A stretch of DNA of 64,000 bases from a phage: assembly GCA_019338205.1 (NCBI GenBank), contig GCA_019338205.1_4761.1; one strand, 5' to 3'. Positions 19,690 to 29,185 of this stretch are shown here, piece by piece (position 1 is the first letter of the stretch; each line of letters starts with the position of its first letter). The notes under the pieces were generated by a model, which searched no databases, was not told the origin of the DNA, and saw only the letters and a list, made by a program, of their open reading frames with translations. Made by a program: the position numbers and the translations under genes.

Positions 19690-20052
19690 ATGATTGAAAT
19701 TAATTTGATTAGTCCTGAAAACTTCCTTAAAATTAAGGAAACTTTAACCCGCTGCGGCATTGCCAACAATCGTGACAAGACACTGTATCAGTCTTGTCAT
19801 ATTCTCCAGAAGAAAGGGCGCTATTACATCGTTCATTTCAAGGAGTTGTTGAAATTAGATGGTCGTAGTGTTAAAATGACGTGGGAAGATGAATTGCGCC
19901 GTAATAACATTGCAAAACTTCTTGCGCAGTGGAATCTATGCACCCTGATTGATAGTGATTTTGAAACTACCGAAGTTAATAATTTCCGTGTACTGTCTTT
20001 TAAACAGAAAGAAGAGTGGACGCTGATCGAGAAATATCAGATCGGGCGATAA
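19690..20052 (+). CDS. regA: translational repressor RegA
   Basis: MIEINLISPENFLKIKETLTRCGIANNRDKTLYQSCHILQKKG nearly identical in pattern to remembered T4 RegA. Confidence 0.93.
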   Translation: MIEINLISPENFLKIKETLTRCGIANNRDKTLYQSCHILQKKGRYYIVHFKELLKLDGRSVKMTWEDELRRNNIAKLLAQWNLCTLIDSDFETTEVNNFRVLSFKQKEEWTLIEKYQIGR

Positions 20053-20073
20053 GATACTGATGGGATAGGGGTA

Positions 20074-20102
20074 TTGACAAACTAAGTCGATTCCCCTATA
20101 AT
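20074..20102 (+). promoter_or_regulatory. sigma70-type early promoter with the -35 inside a stem-loop
   Basis: TTGACA 20074-20079, 17-nt spacer, TATAAT 20097-20102; TAGGGG...CCCCTA inverted repeat flanks the -35. Confidence 0.55.
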
Positions 20103-20134
20103 GAGTGTCTTTCGTAAGTGAAGGAGTTTATATT

Positions 20135-22813
20135 ATGTATTTTCTGTCATGTGAGCGAGTAGGTGATAAGATCTACGAGCGTTATATTGATTATGCTGGA
20201 CAAGAACAAGAGCGTTACGTTGAATATACGCCAACATTATTTCATCATGCCGCGCCTGGTATGGTTACGAATTATAAAGATATCTATGGCAAGCCTTGCA
20301 TTGCTAAAAAATTCCCATCTATGAACGAGGCCAACAAATGGCGTAAAAAGATGGGAGAAATGGGGCAAGAGGCACTAGGGATGGATGATTTTATCATCTC
20401 CTATCTGTCCGATACATATAAAGGCGAGATTCGATATGACCGAAATAAAATCCGTGTAGCGTGGGTTGATATTGAGGTCACTGCCCCAGAATTTCCTAAA
20501 CCAGAAGAAGCGAAATATCCTATCGATGCAATTACGCATTATGATTCCGTACATGATCGTTTCTTTGTATTTGATTTGAAAGGAAAAAACGGTGAAATCT
20601 GGGAAGCAAGCAAGTCTATTCTTCGACCTGATATTGTGGAGCGCGTTGTTTATAACGTTTATGACACAGAAGATGAATTGCTGTTAGAATACATCCGATT
20701 CTTTGAGGAAAACCGACCCGTTGGTTTCACTGGCTGGAACACAGAAACATTCGATATTCCATATATCATTAAGCGTATCAGCAATAAGTTTGGAAGTCGA
20801 ACGGCAAACCGTTTAAGCCCGTGCGGTAAGATTAAATCCCGAATCTCACAGGATGATTTTGGCAACGAGCGTGAAGCATTTACGATCATGGGGATCGAAA
20901 GCCTTGATTATATTGACCTGTACAAGAAATTTAGCTTTACGACTCAACCAACATATGCGTTAGATTATGTTGCTGAATATGAGACAGGAATCGGTAAGGT
21001 TGATTATGATGGTCCGTTAAAGAAATTGCGTGATGACAATCATCAACTTTACATCGATTATAACATCGGCGACGTTGATCGTGTGCTGGCGATTGATAAA
21101 AAGCGTGGATTTATCGATCTTGTGTATAGTCTATGTTTCTATGCAAAGATTAAATTTAACCATGTTTATAACCCGATGAAAGTATGGGATGCTATCATCT
21201 TCGGATCTCTGAAAGCTGAGGGTAAAGTAGTACCGGAAAATAAGATACAGCCTAAGCAGACTTATCCGGGCGCATTCGTAAAAGAACCTGTGCCGAATGC
21301 TTACCGTTGGATGATGAGCTTTGACTTAACAAGTCTGTACCCATCTATTATTCGACAGGTTAATATTTCTCCTGAAACAATCGCTGGATCTTTTGATGCT
21401 GCACCGATGCACGAGTATATCAATAAAACTGCACCACGTCCGAGTGATGAGTATTCTTGCTCGCCTAACGGATGGATGTATAGAAAAGATATTCATGGTA
21501 TCGTACCGATTGAGATTAAAAAGGTATTCGATCAGCGTAAGCAGTACAAAAACATGATGTTGGCATGTGATCGCAATGCTGAACTATGTAAAGCGATTCT
21601 ACACGATGAAAATCATGTTTATGGGGGAACCATTAGCTATAGCGTTGAAGTGCGTCACGACTTTGATGAAGCGTTTAAATCGATGCTTTCTGAATTAAGT
21701 AAAGATGCCTTAGAGAAATTGCTGGAAGAATGTAAAGACGAGTCGATCTTGTGCAATACAAACCAGCTTTCTCGAAAAGTTTTGATTAACTCCCTTTATG
21801 GTGCGTTGGGGAATCCTAAATTCCGTTTTTATGATCTCCGTAACGCTAGTGCGATCACCTTGTTTGGTCAGCTTGCAATTCAGTGGATTGAGCGTAAGAT
21901 TAACGAATACTTAAACGAGCTTTGCGGAACAACCGATTTTGCATATGTTCGTTATTGTGATACTGACTCCGTTTATGTGCTGGTTAACAATGTTGTTGAT
22001 AAGGTTGGCGGGGAAGACCGTTTCGACGATACCGAAAAACTTGTTGACTTCCTTGATAATTTCGGTAAACATCGAATGGAACCGATTATCGACAAAGGAT
22101 ATCGCGAGTTATGCGAGTACATGAACAACTACGAGCACTTGATGTTTATGGACCGCGAGGCAATTGCTGGTCCTCCGTTGAAATCTGCGGGTATCGGTGG
22201 ATTCTGGACTGGTAAAAAGCGTTATGCTCTTAATGTTTGGGATATGGAAGGAACGCGCTTTGCTGAACCTAAGCTAAAAATCATGGGCTTGGAAACGCAA
22301 CGTAGCTCTACACCTAAAGCATGTCAGAAATCACTGAAAGAATGTATTCGCCGTATGTTGCAGGAAGGGGAAGAATCGCTACAGAAATACTACGGTATTT
22401 TTGAGCAAGAATTTAGAAAACTTGACTATCTTGAGGTTGCTGCGGTATCATCTGCAAACAACCTACAGAAATACAGCGATTCAAACGGGTATCCGATTAA
22501 GGGTTGTCCGTATGCGGTTAAGAGTGTATTGTGTTATAATCGTAATGCTCGAAAATTCGGACTAGATCCGATTCGTGAAGGCGAGAAGGTTATGATTGTA
22601 CCGCTTAAAGATCGAAATCCGTTTGGAGAAATCTGTTTTGGTTGGTTGTCTGGTACTCGTATTCCTCCAGAAATTGAATCAGAGGTGTTGAAGTGGTTGG
22701 ACTGGCCTTTGTTGTTTAATAAGACTTTCGTCAAACCACTGGAGAACATTACCACGGCTGCAAAGCTGCAATATGAAAAGGTGGCATCGCTCACGGACCT
22801 GTTTGACATTTAA
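20135..22813 (+). CDS. 43: DNA polymerase gp43 (family B)
   Basis: ATG 20135 after GAAGGAG; exonuclease and polymerase motifs (FDIETT-like DIEVT, SLYPSII, YCDTDS); matches remembered T4 gp43. Confidence 0.95.
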   Translation: MYFLSCERVGDKIYERYIDYAGQEQERYVEYTPTLFHHAAPGMVTNYKDIYGKPCIAKKFPSMNEANKWRKKMGEMGQEALGMDDFIISYLSDTYKGEIRYDRNKIRVAWVDIEVTAPEFPKPEEAKYPIDAITHYDSVHDRFFVFDLKGKNGEIWEASKSILRPDIVERVVYNVYDTEDELLLEYIRFFEENRPVGFTGWNTETFDIPYIIKRISNKFGSRTANRLSPCGKIKSRISQDDFGNEREAFTIMGIESLDYIDLYKKFSFTTQPTYALDYVAEYETGIGKVDYDGPLKKLRDDNHQLYIDYNIGDVDRVLAIDKKRGFIDLVYSLCFYAKIKFNHVYNPMKVWDAIIFGSLKAEGKVVPENKIQPKQTYPGAFVKEPVPNAYRWMMSFDLTSLYPSIIRQVNISPETIAGSFDAAPMHEYINKTAPRPSDEYSCSPNGWMYRKDIHGIVPIEIKKVFDQRKQYKNMMLACDRNAELCKAILHDENHVYGGTISYSVEVRHDFDEAFKSMLSELSKDALEKLLEECKDESILCNTNQLSRKVLINSLYGALGNPKFRFYDLRNASAITLFGQLAIQWIERKINEYLNELCGTTDFAYVRYCDTDSVYVLVNNVVDKVGGEDRFDDTEKLVDFLDNFGKHRMEPIIDKGYRELCEYMNNYEHLMFMDREAIAGPPLKSAGIGGFWTGKKRYALNVWDMEGTRFAEPKLKIMGLETQRSSTPKACQKSLKECIRRMLQEGEESLQKYYGIFEQEFRKLDYLEVAAVSSANNLQKYSDSNGYPIKGCPYAVKSVLCYNRNARKFGLDPIREGEKVMIVPLKDRNPFGEICFGWLSGTRIPPEIESEVLKWLDWPLLFNKTFVKPLENITTAAKLQYEKVASLTDLFDI

Positions 22814-22830
22814 GATAAAGTGTGTATAAT
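22803..22830 (+). promoter_or_regulatory. sigma70-type early promoter overlapping the gp43 3' end
   Basis: TTGACA 22803-22808, 16-nt spacer, TATAAT 22825-22830. Confidence 0.55.
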
Positions 22831-22874
22831 GGCGGGTGTTGGGTTACGATACCCACCAATGTGAGAAATATATT

Positions 22875-23063
22875 ATGAGAGACATTGAAAAGATTAAACG
22901 TGAACGTGAGGAAGGCATAGAGCATTTCAAGAAAGTTCACGGAAATCACAGCAACGAAGTATTTGTGACGATCAATGTTGATGCGATGAAAAAGTTAATT
23001 CAAGAGCACTACAAAGATCGAATAACAATGAAGCAATTAAAGTATTACGGATTAACTGAATAG
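22875..23063 (+). CDS. small hypothetical protein (62 aa)
   Basis: ATG 22875; the only ORF between gp43 and uvsX. Confidence 0.5.
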   Translation: MRDIEKIKREREEGIEHFKKVHGNHSNEVFVTINVDAMKKLIQEHYKDRITMKQLKYYGLTE

Positions 23064-23074
23064 AGGTATTAATA

Positions 23075-24145
23075 ATGTCTGTACTGGAAAAACTGAAAAA
23101 GAACTCTACCCTGAAAACTACTGCGGTACTGTCTAAATCCAGCTTCTTTAACGAAAAAACAAATACTCGCACTAAGATCCCGATGCTGAATATTGCGTTT
23201 TCAGGTGATCTTAAAAAGGGCTTTCAATCTGGTCTGATTTTCTTTGCTGGTCCGTCTAAGCACTTTAAATCAAACATGGGATTAACTTGTGTTAGTGCAT
23301 ACATGAAACAGAATCCTGATGCGGCGTGTTTGTTCTTTGATTCTGAGTTCGGTATTACACCCGCTTATCTTGAATCTATGGGTGTAGATCCTGATCGCGT
23401 GGTGCATGTTCCAATCAAGAACATCGAAGAACTTAAATTTGAAATCATGAACCAGCTTGAGCAAATTACCCGTGAAGATAAAGTGATCATCTTTATTGAC
23501 TCAATCGGTAACTTAGCAAGTAAAAAAGAAGTTGAAGACGCGATTAATGAGAAATCCGCACAGGATATGACGCGAGCGAAAGCACTTAAAGGCTTGTTCC
23601 GTATGGTTACGCCGTATCTGACTATGAATGATATCCCGTGCATCGCTATTAACCACACTTACGAAACGCAAGAAATGTTTAGTAAGACCGTTATGTCCGG
23701 CGGTACGGGCGCGATGTATTCAGCCAATGAAGTTTTCATTATTGGTCGTCGTCAGCAGAAAGAAGGAACCGAAATTACTGGTTATGATTTTATCCTGAAT
23801 GCGGAAAAATCACGAACCGTTAAAGAAAAATCGAAGTTCCCGATTAGCGTAACATTTAGCGGTGGCATCGATCCTTATTCTGGCTTGCTGGAATTGGCTG
23901 TAGAGTTAGGTTGGGTAGTGAAACCGTCAAACGGCTGGTATTCTCGTTCCATCCTGAATACTGAGACCGGAGAGATGGAAACCGAAGAACGCAAGTTCCG
24001 TGCTAAAGAAACCAATAGCATTGAGTTCTGGAAACCACTTCTGACAAACGATAAGTTTAACGAAGCAATCAACGATCATTATAAGCTGGGGCAAGTGATC
24101 AGCGACGAAGCAGTTGACAAAGAAATCGAAGATATGTTAGCATAA
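23075..24145 (+). CDS. uvsX: RecA-like recombinase UvsX
   Basis: Walker A GPSKHFKS-like loop, FDSEFG, and overall match to remembered T4 UvsX. Confidence 0.93.
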   Translation: MSVLEKLKKNSTLKTTAVLSKSSFFNEKTNTRTKIPMLNIAFSGDLKKGFQSGLIFFAGPSKHFKSNMGLTCVSAYMKQNPDAACLFFDSEFGITPAYLESMGVDPDRVVHVPIKNIEELKFEIMNQLEQITREDKVIIFIDSIGNLASKKEVEDAINEKSAQDMTRAKALKGLFRMVTPYLTMNDIPCIAINHTYETQEMFSKTVMSGGTGAMYSANEVFIIGRRQQKEGTEITGYDFILNAEKSRTVKEKSKFPISVTFSGGIDPYSGLLELAVELGWVVKPSNGWYSRSILNTETGEMETEERKFRAKETNSIEFWKPLLTNDKFNEAINDHYKLGQVISDEAVDKEIEDMLA

Positions 24146-24157
24146 CAATGGTAGTAA

Positions 24158-24180
24158 AGGGGCTACGTGCCCCTTTTTCA
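24158..24180 (+). terminator. rho-independent terminator
   Basis: AGGGGC-TACGT-GCCCCT hairpin followed by TTTTTC after the uvsX stop. Confidence 0.65.
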
Positions 24181-24200
24181 TATCTAGAGAGGATTATATT

Positions 24201-24518
24201 ATGGATAAGAAACCAACAAGTTTAGAAGAAGCACACAGCTTGATTCAAGAAGCAATGAAGACAGTTATTCAGGAATTGATAATTGTTGATGAAGAGGGAG
24301 AACATCATATTGTCTATATTCATAATGTTGAATACGATCCAGACACTAAAGGTATTATGGTCGACTACTCCACGCCGTCAGATCGTGATGTGGTATATCC
24401 ACACGTCATTAAGGCGTTAACCGCGCAGATCAAAGAAGCAGAAGAAAAGTTGAAAAAAGAAACTTTCTGGTATAAACTCAAGACCTTTGTTATGCGTGTA
24501 GTTGGGGGCTATGTATGA
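24201..24518 (+). CDS. hypothetical protein at the position of T4 gene 40
   Basis: 105 aa between uvsX and gp41; hydrophobic C-terminus; identity by synteny only. Confidence 0.6.
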   Translation: MDKKPTSLEEAHSLIQEAMKTVIQELIIVDEEGEHHIVYIHNVEYDPDTKGIMVDYSTPSDRDVVYPHVIKALTAQIKEAEEKLKKETFWYKLKTFVMRVVGGYV

Positions 24519-25927
24519 TTAAAACTATCTTTTCACAGTTGATTTACAATGGCGCATTCTTTACGAATGTATGGCCTCACCTTAAAGCGGACTACTTCAC
24601 CGAAGACGAAGAAAAACTGATTTATAAGCTGATTAAAAAGCACGTAGACGAATATTCCAATATTCCTACGCCAACTGCATTACAGATTGCTTTAGACAAG
24701 GAGAGAGGCAATCAGACAACATATGAAGGGGCTAAAACTCTTCTTGATTCGCTTGAGAATACACCGGAAGACCTTGATTGGTTAATGAAGGAAACCGAAA
24801 AATTTATTCGTGACCGCGCTATGTATAATGCAATGTCACGGGCGCTAGAGATTCAGGCGAACGCACAACTACCAAAAGAGAAACAGAATAAGAAATTGCC
24901 GAGTGAGGGTGCTATCCCTGAGATCATGCAGGAAGCACTATCCATTACGTTTGATTCTGATGTAGGTCATGACTGGTTTAATGACTTTGAAAAACGATTC
25001 TTGCTATATCAGACTAAGGCGAATAAGATCCCGTTTAAGCTGCCGATGTTGAATAAAATCACGAAAGGAGGGGCGGAAAGAAAAACGCTAAATGTGTTGC
25101 TTGCTGGTGTAAACGTTGGTAAATCGCTTGGCTTGTGTTCTCTTGCTGCGGATTATATGGAATGTGGTTATGATGTATTGTATATCTCAATGGAGATGGC
25201 AGAGCATGTCGTAGCCAAACGTATCGACGCAAACTTGCTTGACATTACATTAGATGAATTGGATAATGGTAATGTTTCTTTTGCGGAATATTCCGCACGT
25301 ATGAAGCGTGTTAAGAATAAGAAGATCGGGGATCGTCCGGTTGGAAAATTGATGATCAAGCAGTATCCGACTGGTGGCGCAAACTCCAATCACTTTGAGG
25401 CGTTAATGAATGAATTGCGACTCAAGAAACAGTTTAAACCTGATGTTGTGATTGTTGACTATCTGGGGATTTGCGCATCGTCTCGCTTGCGTGTATACTC
25501 TGAAAATAGTTACACACTAGTTAAGGCGATTGCGGAAGAACTGCGAGGATTTTTTGTTAAGTGGGATGTTGTTGGTTGGACTGCGGCACAGACTACCCGC
25601 GAGGGTTGGGATGCTTCCGACCTTAACATGAGTGATACCGCTGAATCAGCAGGTCTTCCGGCTACTGCCGACTTTATGTTGGGTGTTATCGAAACCGAAG
25701 ACCTGGCTAAAATGGGCGTCCAACTCATGAAGCAGATCAAGTCTCGTTACGGTGATAAGAACTATTATTCACGGTTTAACGTTGGTGTGAAGAAAGGCAA
25801 TCAGCGTTGGTATGAAGTACCAAACCAGATCGCAGATCAGGAGAATGCACAAGTTAAACCACAAAGCGCACAGCAAGCCGAGAAACGAGAAAAACTCGAC
25901 GAGCTAGCAAATAACATGACTTTCTAA
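24515..25927 (+). CDS. 41: replicative DNA helicase gp41 (DnaB-like)
   Basis: Walker A LLAGVNVGKS, Walker B VVIVDYLG; 470 aa. Confidence 0.92.
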   Translation: MIKTIFSQLIYNGAFFTNVWPHLKADYFTEDEEKLIYKLIKKHVDEYSNIPTPTALQIALDKERGNQTTYEGAKTLLDSLENTPEDLDWLMKETEKFIRDRAMYNAMSRALEIQANAQLPKEKQNKKLPSEGAIPEIMQEALSITFDSDVGHDWFNDFEKRFLLYQTKANKIPFKLPMLNKITKGGAERKTLNVLLAGVNVGKSLGLCSLAADYMECGYDVLYISMEMAEHVVAKRIDANLLDITLDELDNGNVSFAEYSARMKRVKNKKIGDRPVGKLMIKQYPTGGANSNHFEALMNELRLKKQFKPDVVIVDYLGICASSRLRVYSENSYTLVKAIAEELRGFFVKWDVVGWTAAQTTREGWDASDLNMSDTAESAGLPATADFMLGVIETEDLAKMGVQLMKQIKSRYGDKNYYSRFNVGVKKGNQRWYEVPNQIADQENAQVKPQSAQQAEKREKLDELANNMTF

Positions 25928-25933
25928 TAAAAT

Positions 25934-25949
25934 GCGCCCTACGGGGCGC
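25934..25949. terminator. GC-rich stem-loop after gp41 (T-run only on the minus strand)
   Basis: GCGCCC-TACG-GGGCGC perfect hairpin; A-rich upstream on the plus strand. Confidence 0.35.
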
Positions 25950-25977
25950 TGGTGAATGATTTGATAGGAGATATAAC

Positions 25978-26613
25978 ATGATCGCTAATGCTTTACCGCC
26001 AAAATGGATCGTAAGTCGCTTTTATACTCTCAAGGAAGGTAACGCACCTGATGGTCGTCCGATCCGAGATCTGTTTCTGGAGATGACTACAGCCGAAGCA
26101 CAGTTTTATAATGATCTGACAGACGATAAGCCATTTCTCGTAAATTCGGTGGACCTTGATGGCAATGTCACATCAATCATCACACATGGTGGGGGAGTGA
26201 AAAATATTACTTCTCTGCGTGATCACGGTTGGGAAATTGCTTGTGTATTTCCTGCGGATGTACGCGGATTCTTTGATGAGGTATCTGATATTAAAGTAAA
26301 TGCACTGGAACCATATGACGAGATCCCACCACTGAAAGAAGAAAAAGAGTTGACACCGGAAGATGTAGATAGTACACTACACCCCGACCTATTTAAGAAG
26401 ATTAGCGGTTTATGGACTGTTACCCTGTATCCAACCGCATTAGGTCTAGAATTGGGTATGCCAACTTATTCTGATATTGATAACTGGAATAAGAGCATTG
26501 ATAAAGATGTTGAAAAACAGCGAAATAATGCTAAAATGCAACTTAAAGAGAAACGCAAAGATCTTGAACGACAACTGAAAGAAACAAAACATTTGCTTTC
26601 TACATTCGCTTGA
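25978..26613 (+). CDS. hypothetical protein
   Basis: 211-aa ORF with C-terminal Lys/Glu-rich region. Confidence 0.6.
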   Translation: MIANALPPKWIVSRFYTLKEGNAPDGRPIRDLFLEMTTAEAQFYNDLTDDKPFLVNSVDLDGNVTSIITHGGGVKNITSLRDHGWEIACVFPADVRGFFDEVSDIKVNALEPYDEIPPLKEEKELTPEDVDSTLHPDLFKKISGLWTVTLYPTALGLELGMPTYSDIDNWNKSIDKDVEKQRNNAKMQLKEKRKDLERQLKETKHLLSTFA

Positions 26614-26643
26614 TCTATAATGAAACTCTAAGGAGACTATATT

Positions 26644-27021
26644 ATGAAAAATATGATTACGCCGGAAGATGTAGCATTCAAAACCGCATTCAACGGAGAT
26701 ATTCTTATTTTTATCGACGGTAAACACGCCGGAATGATTGAACCGGAAGGTCGCTGGGGTGTTGCTGAACTATATAACGTGGCGGGTGTAGAAGGTCATA
26801 AAACAGCACTTGTTTTCTTGTCAGATAAAGATCAAATGCGTCGAAAAATTGCTGCGCTCTATAATGAAGCAGTATATTTCTACGAACCGTTTCATCGTAT
26901 TAAAACGATCTCCCGCGTGACTCGAAAAGATGTTAATGCTTGTGTTATCAAGATTGTAGAGAATCAGGATAAACTGACGAAAGACCAGATTGTTGACTTA
27001 CTGAAAGAGATTATTCTATGA
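26644..27021 (+). CDS. hypothetical protein
   Basis: 125-aa ORF with AAGGAGACTATATT leader. Confidence 0.6.
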   Translation: MKNMITPEDVAFKTAFNGDILIFIDGKHAGMIEPEGRWGVAELYNVAGVEGHKTALVFLSDKDQMRRKIAALYNEAVYFYEPFHRIKTISRVTRKDVNACVIKIVENQDKLTKDQIVDLLKEIIL

Positions 27022-27194
27022 TTGGATTTAAACAGTTTGTTGAAGAAAATAAACTCAAAGAAGATATGACCGCTGGCGATGCTGGCGGCAATCCTGAGAA
27101 GATCGCAGCAGGTGAAACGAGCGGATCTATTACCAATCGTGGACCTAGTGTAGCGGGTAAAGAAAAACGCAAAAAGGAGAAAGACGGTGCTTAG
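27018..27194 (+). CDS. small hypothetical protein (58 aa, Gly/Lys-rich), not on the ORF track
   Basis: hand translation MIGFKQFVEENKLKEDMTAGDAGGNPEKIAAGETSGS...; ATGA overlap with the upstream stop. Confidence 0.4.
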   Translation: MIGFKQFVEENKLKEDMTAGDAGGNPEKIAAGETSGSITNRGPSVAGKEKRKKEKDGA

Positions 27195-27201
27195 TATCAT
27201 C

Positions 27202-27345
27202 ATGTTTATCGTTGGCTTGCTGTCCGCTATTGTCGGTGTTGTTGTTTTCGGATTATCTGGACACAAAACAAAAACAGAAAAGTTATCCGAGATCACAATG
27301 TATGTTGGTGTAGTTCTCATTCTGTTGTCGGTGGCGCTTAAATGA
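27202..27345 (+). CDS. small two-helix membrane peptide (47 aa), not on the ORF track
   Basis: hand translation MFIVGLLSAIVGVVVFGLSGHKTKTEKLSEITMYVGVVLILLSVALK; two hydrophobic segments. Confidence 0.45.
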   Translation: MFIVGLLSAIVGVVVFGLSGHKTKTEKLSEITMYVGVVLILLSVALK

Positions 27346-27545
27346 TTACGATGAAATGTCTTAAAAGCACATATGCACTTTTTGAAGCCGGAAAAGAATA
27401 TGAATTTACAGAACTTGATTCGGTAGGCCGTTTTCGTGTATTCTCTTACACATCGCCAGATGGTAGTGTCTACAAATTTGGCTTAGATGAAAACGGAGAG
27501 AATGAAAATGAAAGTGTAGGAACTTTCATGAAATTTGAGCTATAA
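27342..27545 (+). CDS. hypothetical protein
   Basis: 67-aa ORF immediately upstream of gp61. Confidence 0.5.
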   Translation: MITMKCLKSTYALFEAGKEYEFTELDSVGRFRVFSYTSPDGSVYKFGLDENGENENESVGTFMKFEL

Positions 27546-27554
27546 GAGGTTATT

Positions 27555-28583
27555 ATGATTTACTACGCAGATTATGAAATAGCGGAAAAAGCCATATACG
27601 GCGAACGAAATTTTAAACGGTTGCATACTAGCTCATTTACGCTGGTCTGTAGTTGTCCGATCTGCGGTGACTCAAAGAAAAATCATACTCAAGCGCGATT
27701 CCGTATCTATACCTATAAGGATAGTTTGCGTTGCGGCTGTTTCAACTGTAACTACAATCAGCCATTAGGTGAATTTCTCAAACAGTATAAGCCGGACCTA
27801 TTCAGGGAATGGCTTATGGAACGACGGAAGGAACAAGGCGACCACAAGAACACCACGTTCAAGCCACTGAAAAAGGTAGAAAAGCCGGAGATTAAGAAAG
27901 TGCAAACATTGCCTTTCTGCGAGAGATTAGATACTCTTCCGGCTAATCATCCTATAATAAAGTATGTCAGTGATCGCTGTATTCCTCACGATAAATGGGA
28001 TCTTCTGTATTTCACGAGAGAATGGCAAAAGGTAGCAAATCACATTAAGGCTGATACTTTCAAGAATCCACAACCTGAACCGCGTTTAGTGATTCCTATC
28101 TTTAACCGCGAGAACAAGATAGAATCCATTCAGGGGCGAGCATTGAGAAAGGATTACGGAAAGACCAAATATATGACGATTAAAACTCATGAGTTAGCGA
28201 GTAAGGTCTATGGTCTTGAACGCGCCGATCCGAGTAAACCAGTGTATTTCTTAGAAGGTCCGATCGATTCATTGTTTATTGATAACGGGTGTGCAATTAC
28301 TGGCGGTACTTTGGGATTAGATGAAATCCCTTTCCCAGACCAGCGAGTGTTTGTACTTGATGCGGAACCACGGTCTGCCGATACAATGCACCGACTGGAA
28401 AAGTTTATCAATGCAGGGGAAAAGATTGTATTGTGGGACCGTTGCCCGTGGCATTCTAAAGACGTTAACGCCATGATTCAGGACGAGGGCGCTACACGCG
28501 ACCAGATCATGGAATATATCAAAGAGAACACCGTACAAGGTCTGATGGCTAAAATGCGGTTTATGAAATATTGTAAATTTTAA
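27555..28583 (+). CDS. 61: DNA primase gp61
   Basis: 342 aa; N-terminal zinc ribbon CPICGDS...CGCFNC; TOPRIM-like FLEGPIDSLF; same length as T4 gp61. Confidence 0.9.
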   Translation: MIYYADYEIAEKAIYGERNFKRLHTSSFTLVCSCPICGDSKKNHTQARFRIYTYKDSLRCGCFNCNYNQPLGEFLKQYKPDLFREWLMERRKEQGDHKNTTFKPLKKVEKPEIKKVQTLPFCERLDTLPANHPIIKYVSDRCIPHDKWDLLYFTREWQKVANHIKADTFKNPQPEPRLVIPIFNRENKIESIQGRALRKDYGKTKYMTIKTHELASKVYGLERADPSKPVYFLEGPIDSLFIDNGCAITGGTLGLDEIPFPDQRVFVLDAEPRSADTMHRLEKFINAGEKIVLWDRCPWHSKDVNAMIQDEGATRDQIMEYIKENTVQGLMAKMRFMKYCKF

Positions 28584-28597
28584 TTAATGAGGTGAAT

Positions 28598-29116
28598 ATG
28601 TCAGAATTTAATTCTTGTGCTGGTCTGGTTAACGAAAAAGATATTAACGCGGCTATCGCCGCATATCATCACGCGATTGCAGAAGGTAAAGATCCGTTTC
28701 AGGTGATGCTAGAAATGCAAACTGGTTTGCAGGTTGCATTATCCGAAAAATTTGATTGGGTCCCAAATCCAACTAAGCTAGAGACTTGCGGTGAAATGCT
28801 GGATTGGATGCAACGGATGGATGACGCTATCGCAGACGAAACACGAGAGCTTTACACATCGCTGGGTGGAATGTCCAATGGTAAAGATGCAAGTGCAATC
28901 TGGAAAATGTGGAAAAAGAACCACGGAGAAGCGCGAGCGCGTAAATTCTCTGAACTGTCACCGGAAGATCAGCTTGAAGTGAAATTTGAATTTGTGGACG
29001 CGATCCACTTCATTCTGTCAAAGATGATCCCGCTGGGTATTGACGCTCAAGAACTCTTTATTCTGTACTATCTGAAAAATGCTGAAAACTTCGCCCGTCA
29101 AGAACGCGGCTACTAA
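28598..29116 (+). CDS. all-alpha NTP pyrophosphatase (MazG / gp56 dCTPase-dUTPase-like)
   Basis: about 172 aa; acidic motifs ETCGEM...ADETRELY; position downstream of gp61 matches T4 gene 56; family assignment tentative. Confidence 0.5.
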   Translation: MSEFNSCAGLVNEKDINAAIAAYHHAIAEGKDPFQVMLEMQTGLQVALSEKFDWVPNPTKLETCGEMLDWMQRMDDAIADETRELYTSLGGMSNGKDASAIWKMWKKNHGEARARKFSELSPEDQLEVKFEFVDAIHFILSKMIPLGIDAQELFILYYLKNAENFARQERGY

Positions 29117-29123
29117 AAATTAG

Positions 29124-29152
29124 TTGACACTACTCTATAATGGTTTTATTAT
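29124..29152 (+). promoter_or_regulatory. sigma70-type promoter
   Basis: TTGACA 29124-29129, 17-nt spacer, TATTAT 29147-29152. Confidence 0.45.
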
Positions 29153-29153
29153 G

Positions 29154-29185
29154 CCTCCCGTCGAAAGATTGGAGGCTTTTTTATT
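29154..29185 (+). promoter_or_regulatory. leader hairpin that sequesters the RBS, terminator-like
   Basis: GCCTCC...GGAGGC stem whose 3' arm is the Shine-Dalgarno, followed by TTTTTTATT and then ATG 29186. Confidence 0.45.

Noticed and set aside
26580-26643. Possible MotA-box middle promoter (TTGCTT about 17 nt upstream of TATAAT)
   Set aside because: The spacing fits a weak sigma70 -35 rather than the 11-13 nt of T4 MotA-dependent promoters, and no motA or asiA homolog was recognised in the window.
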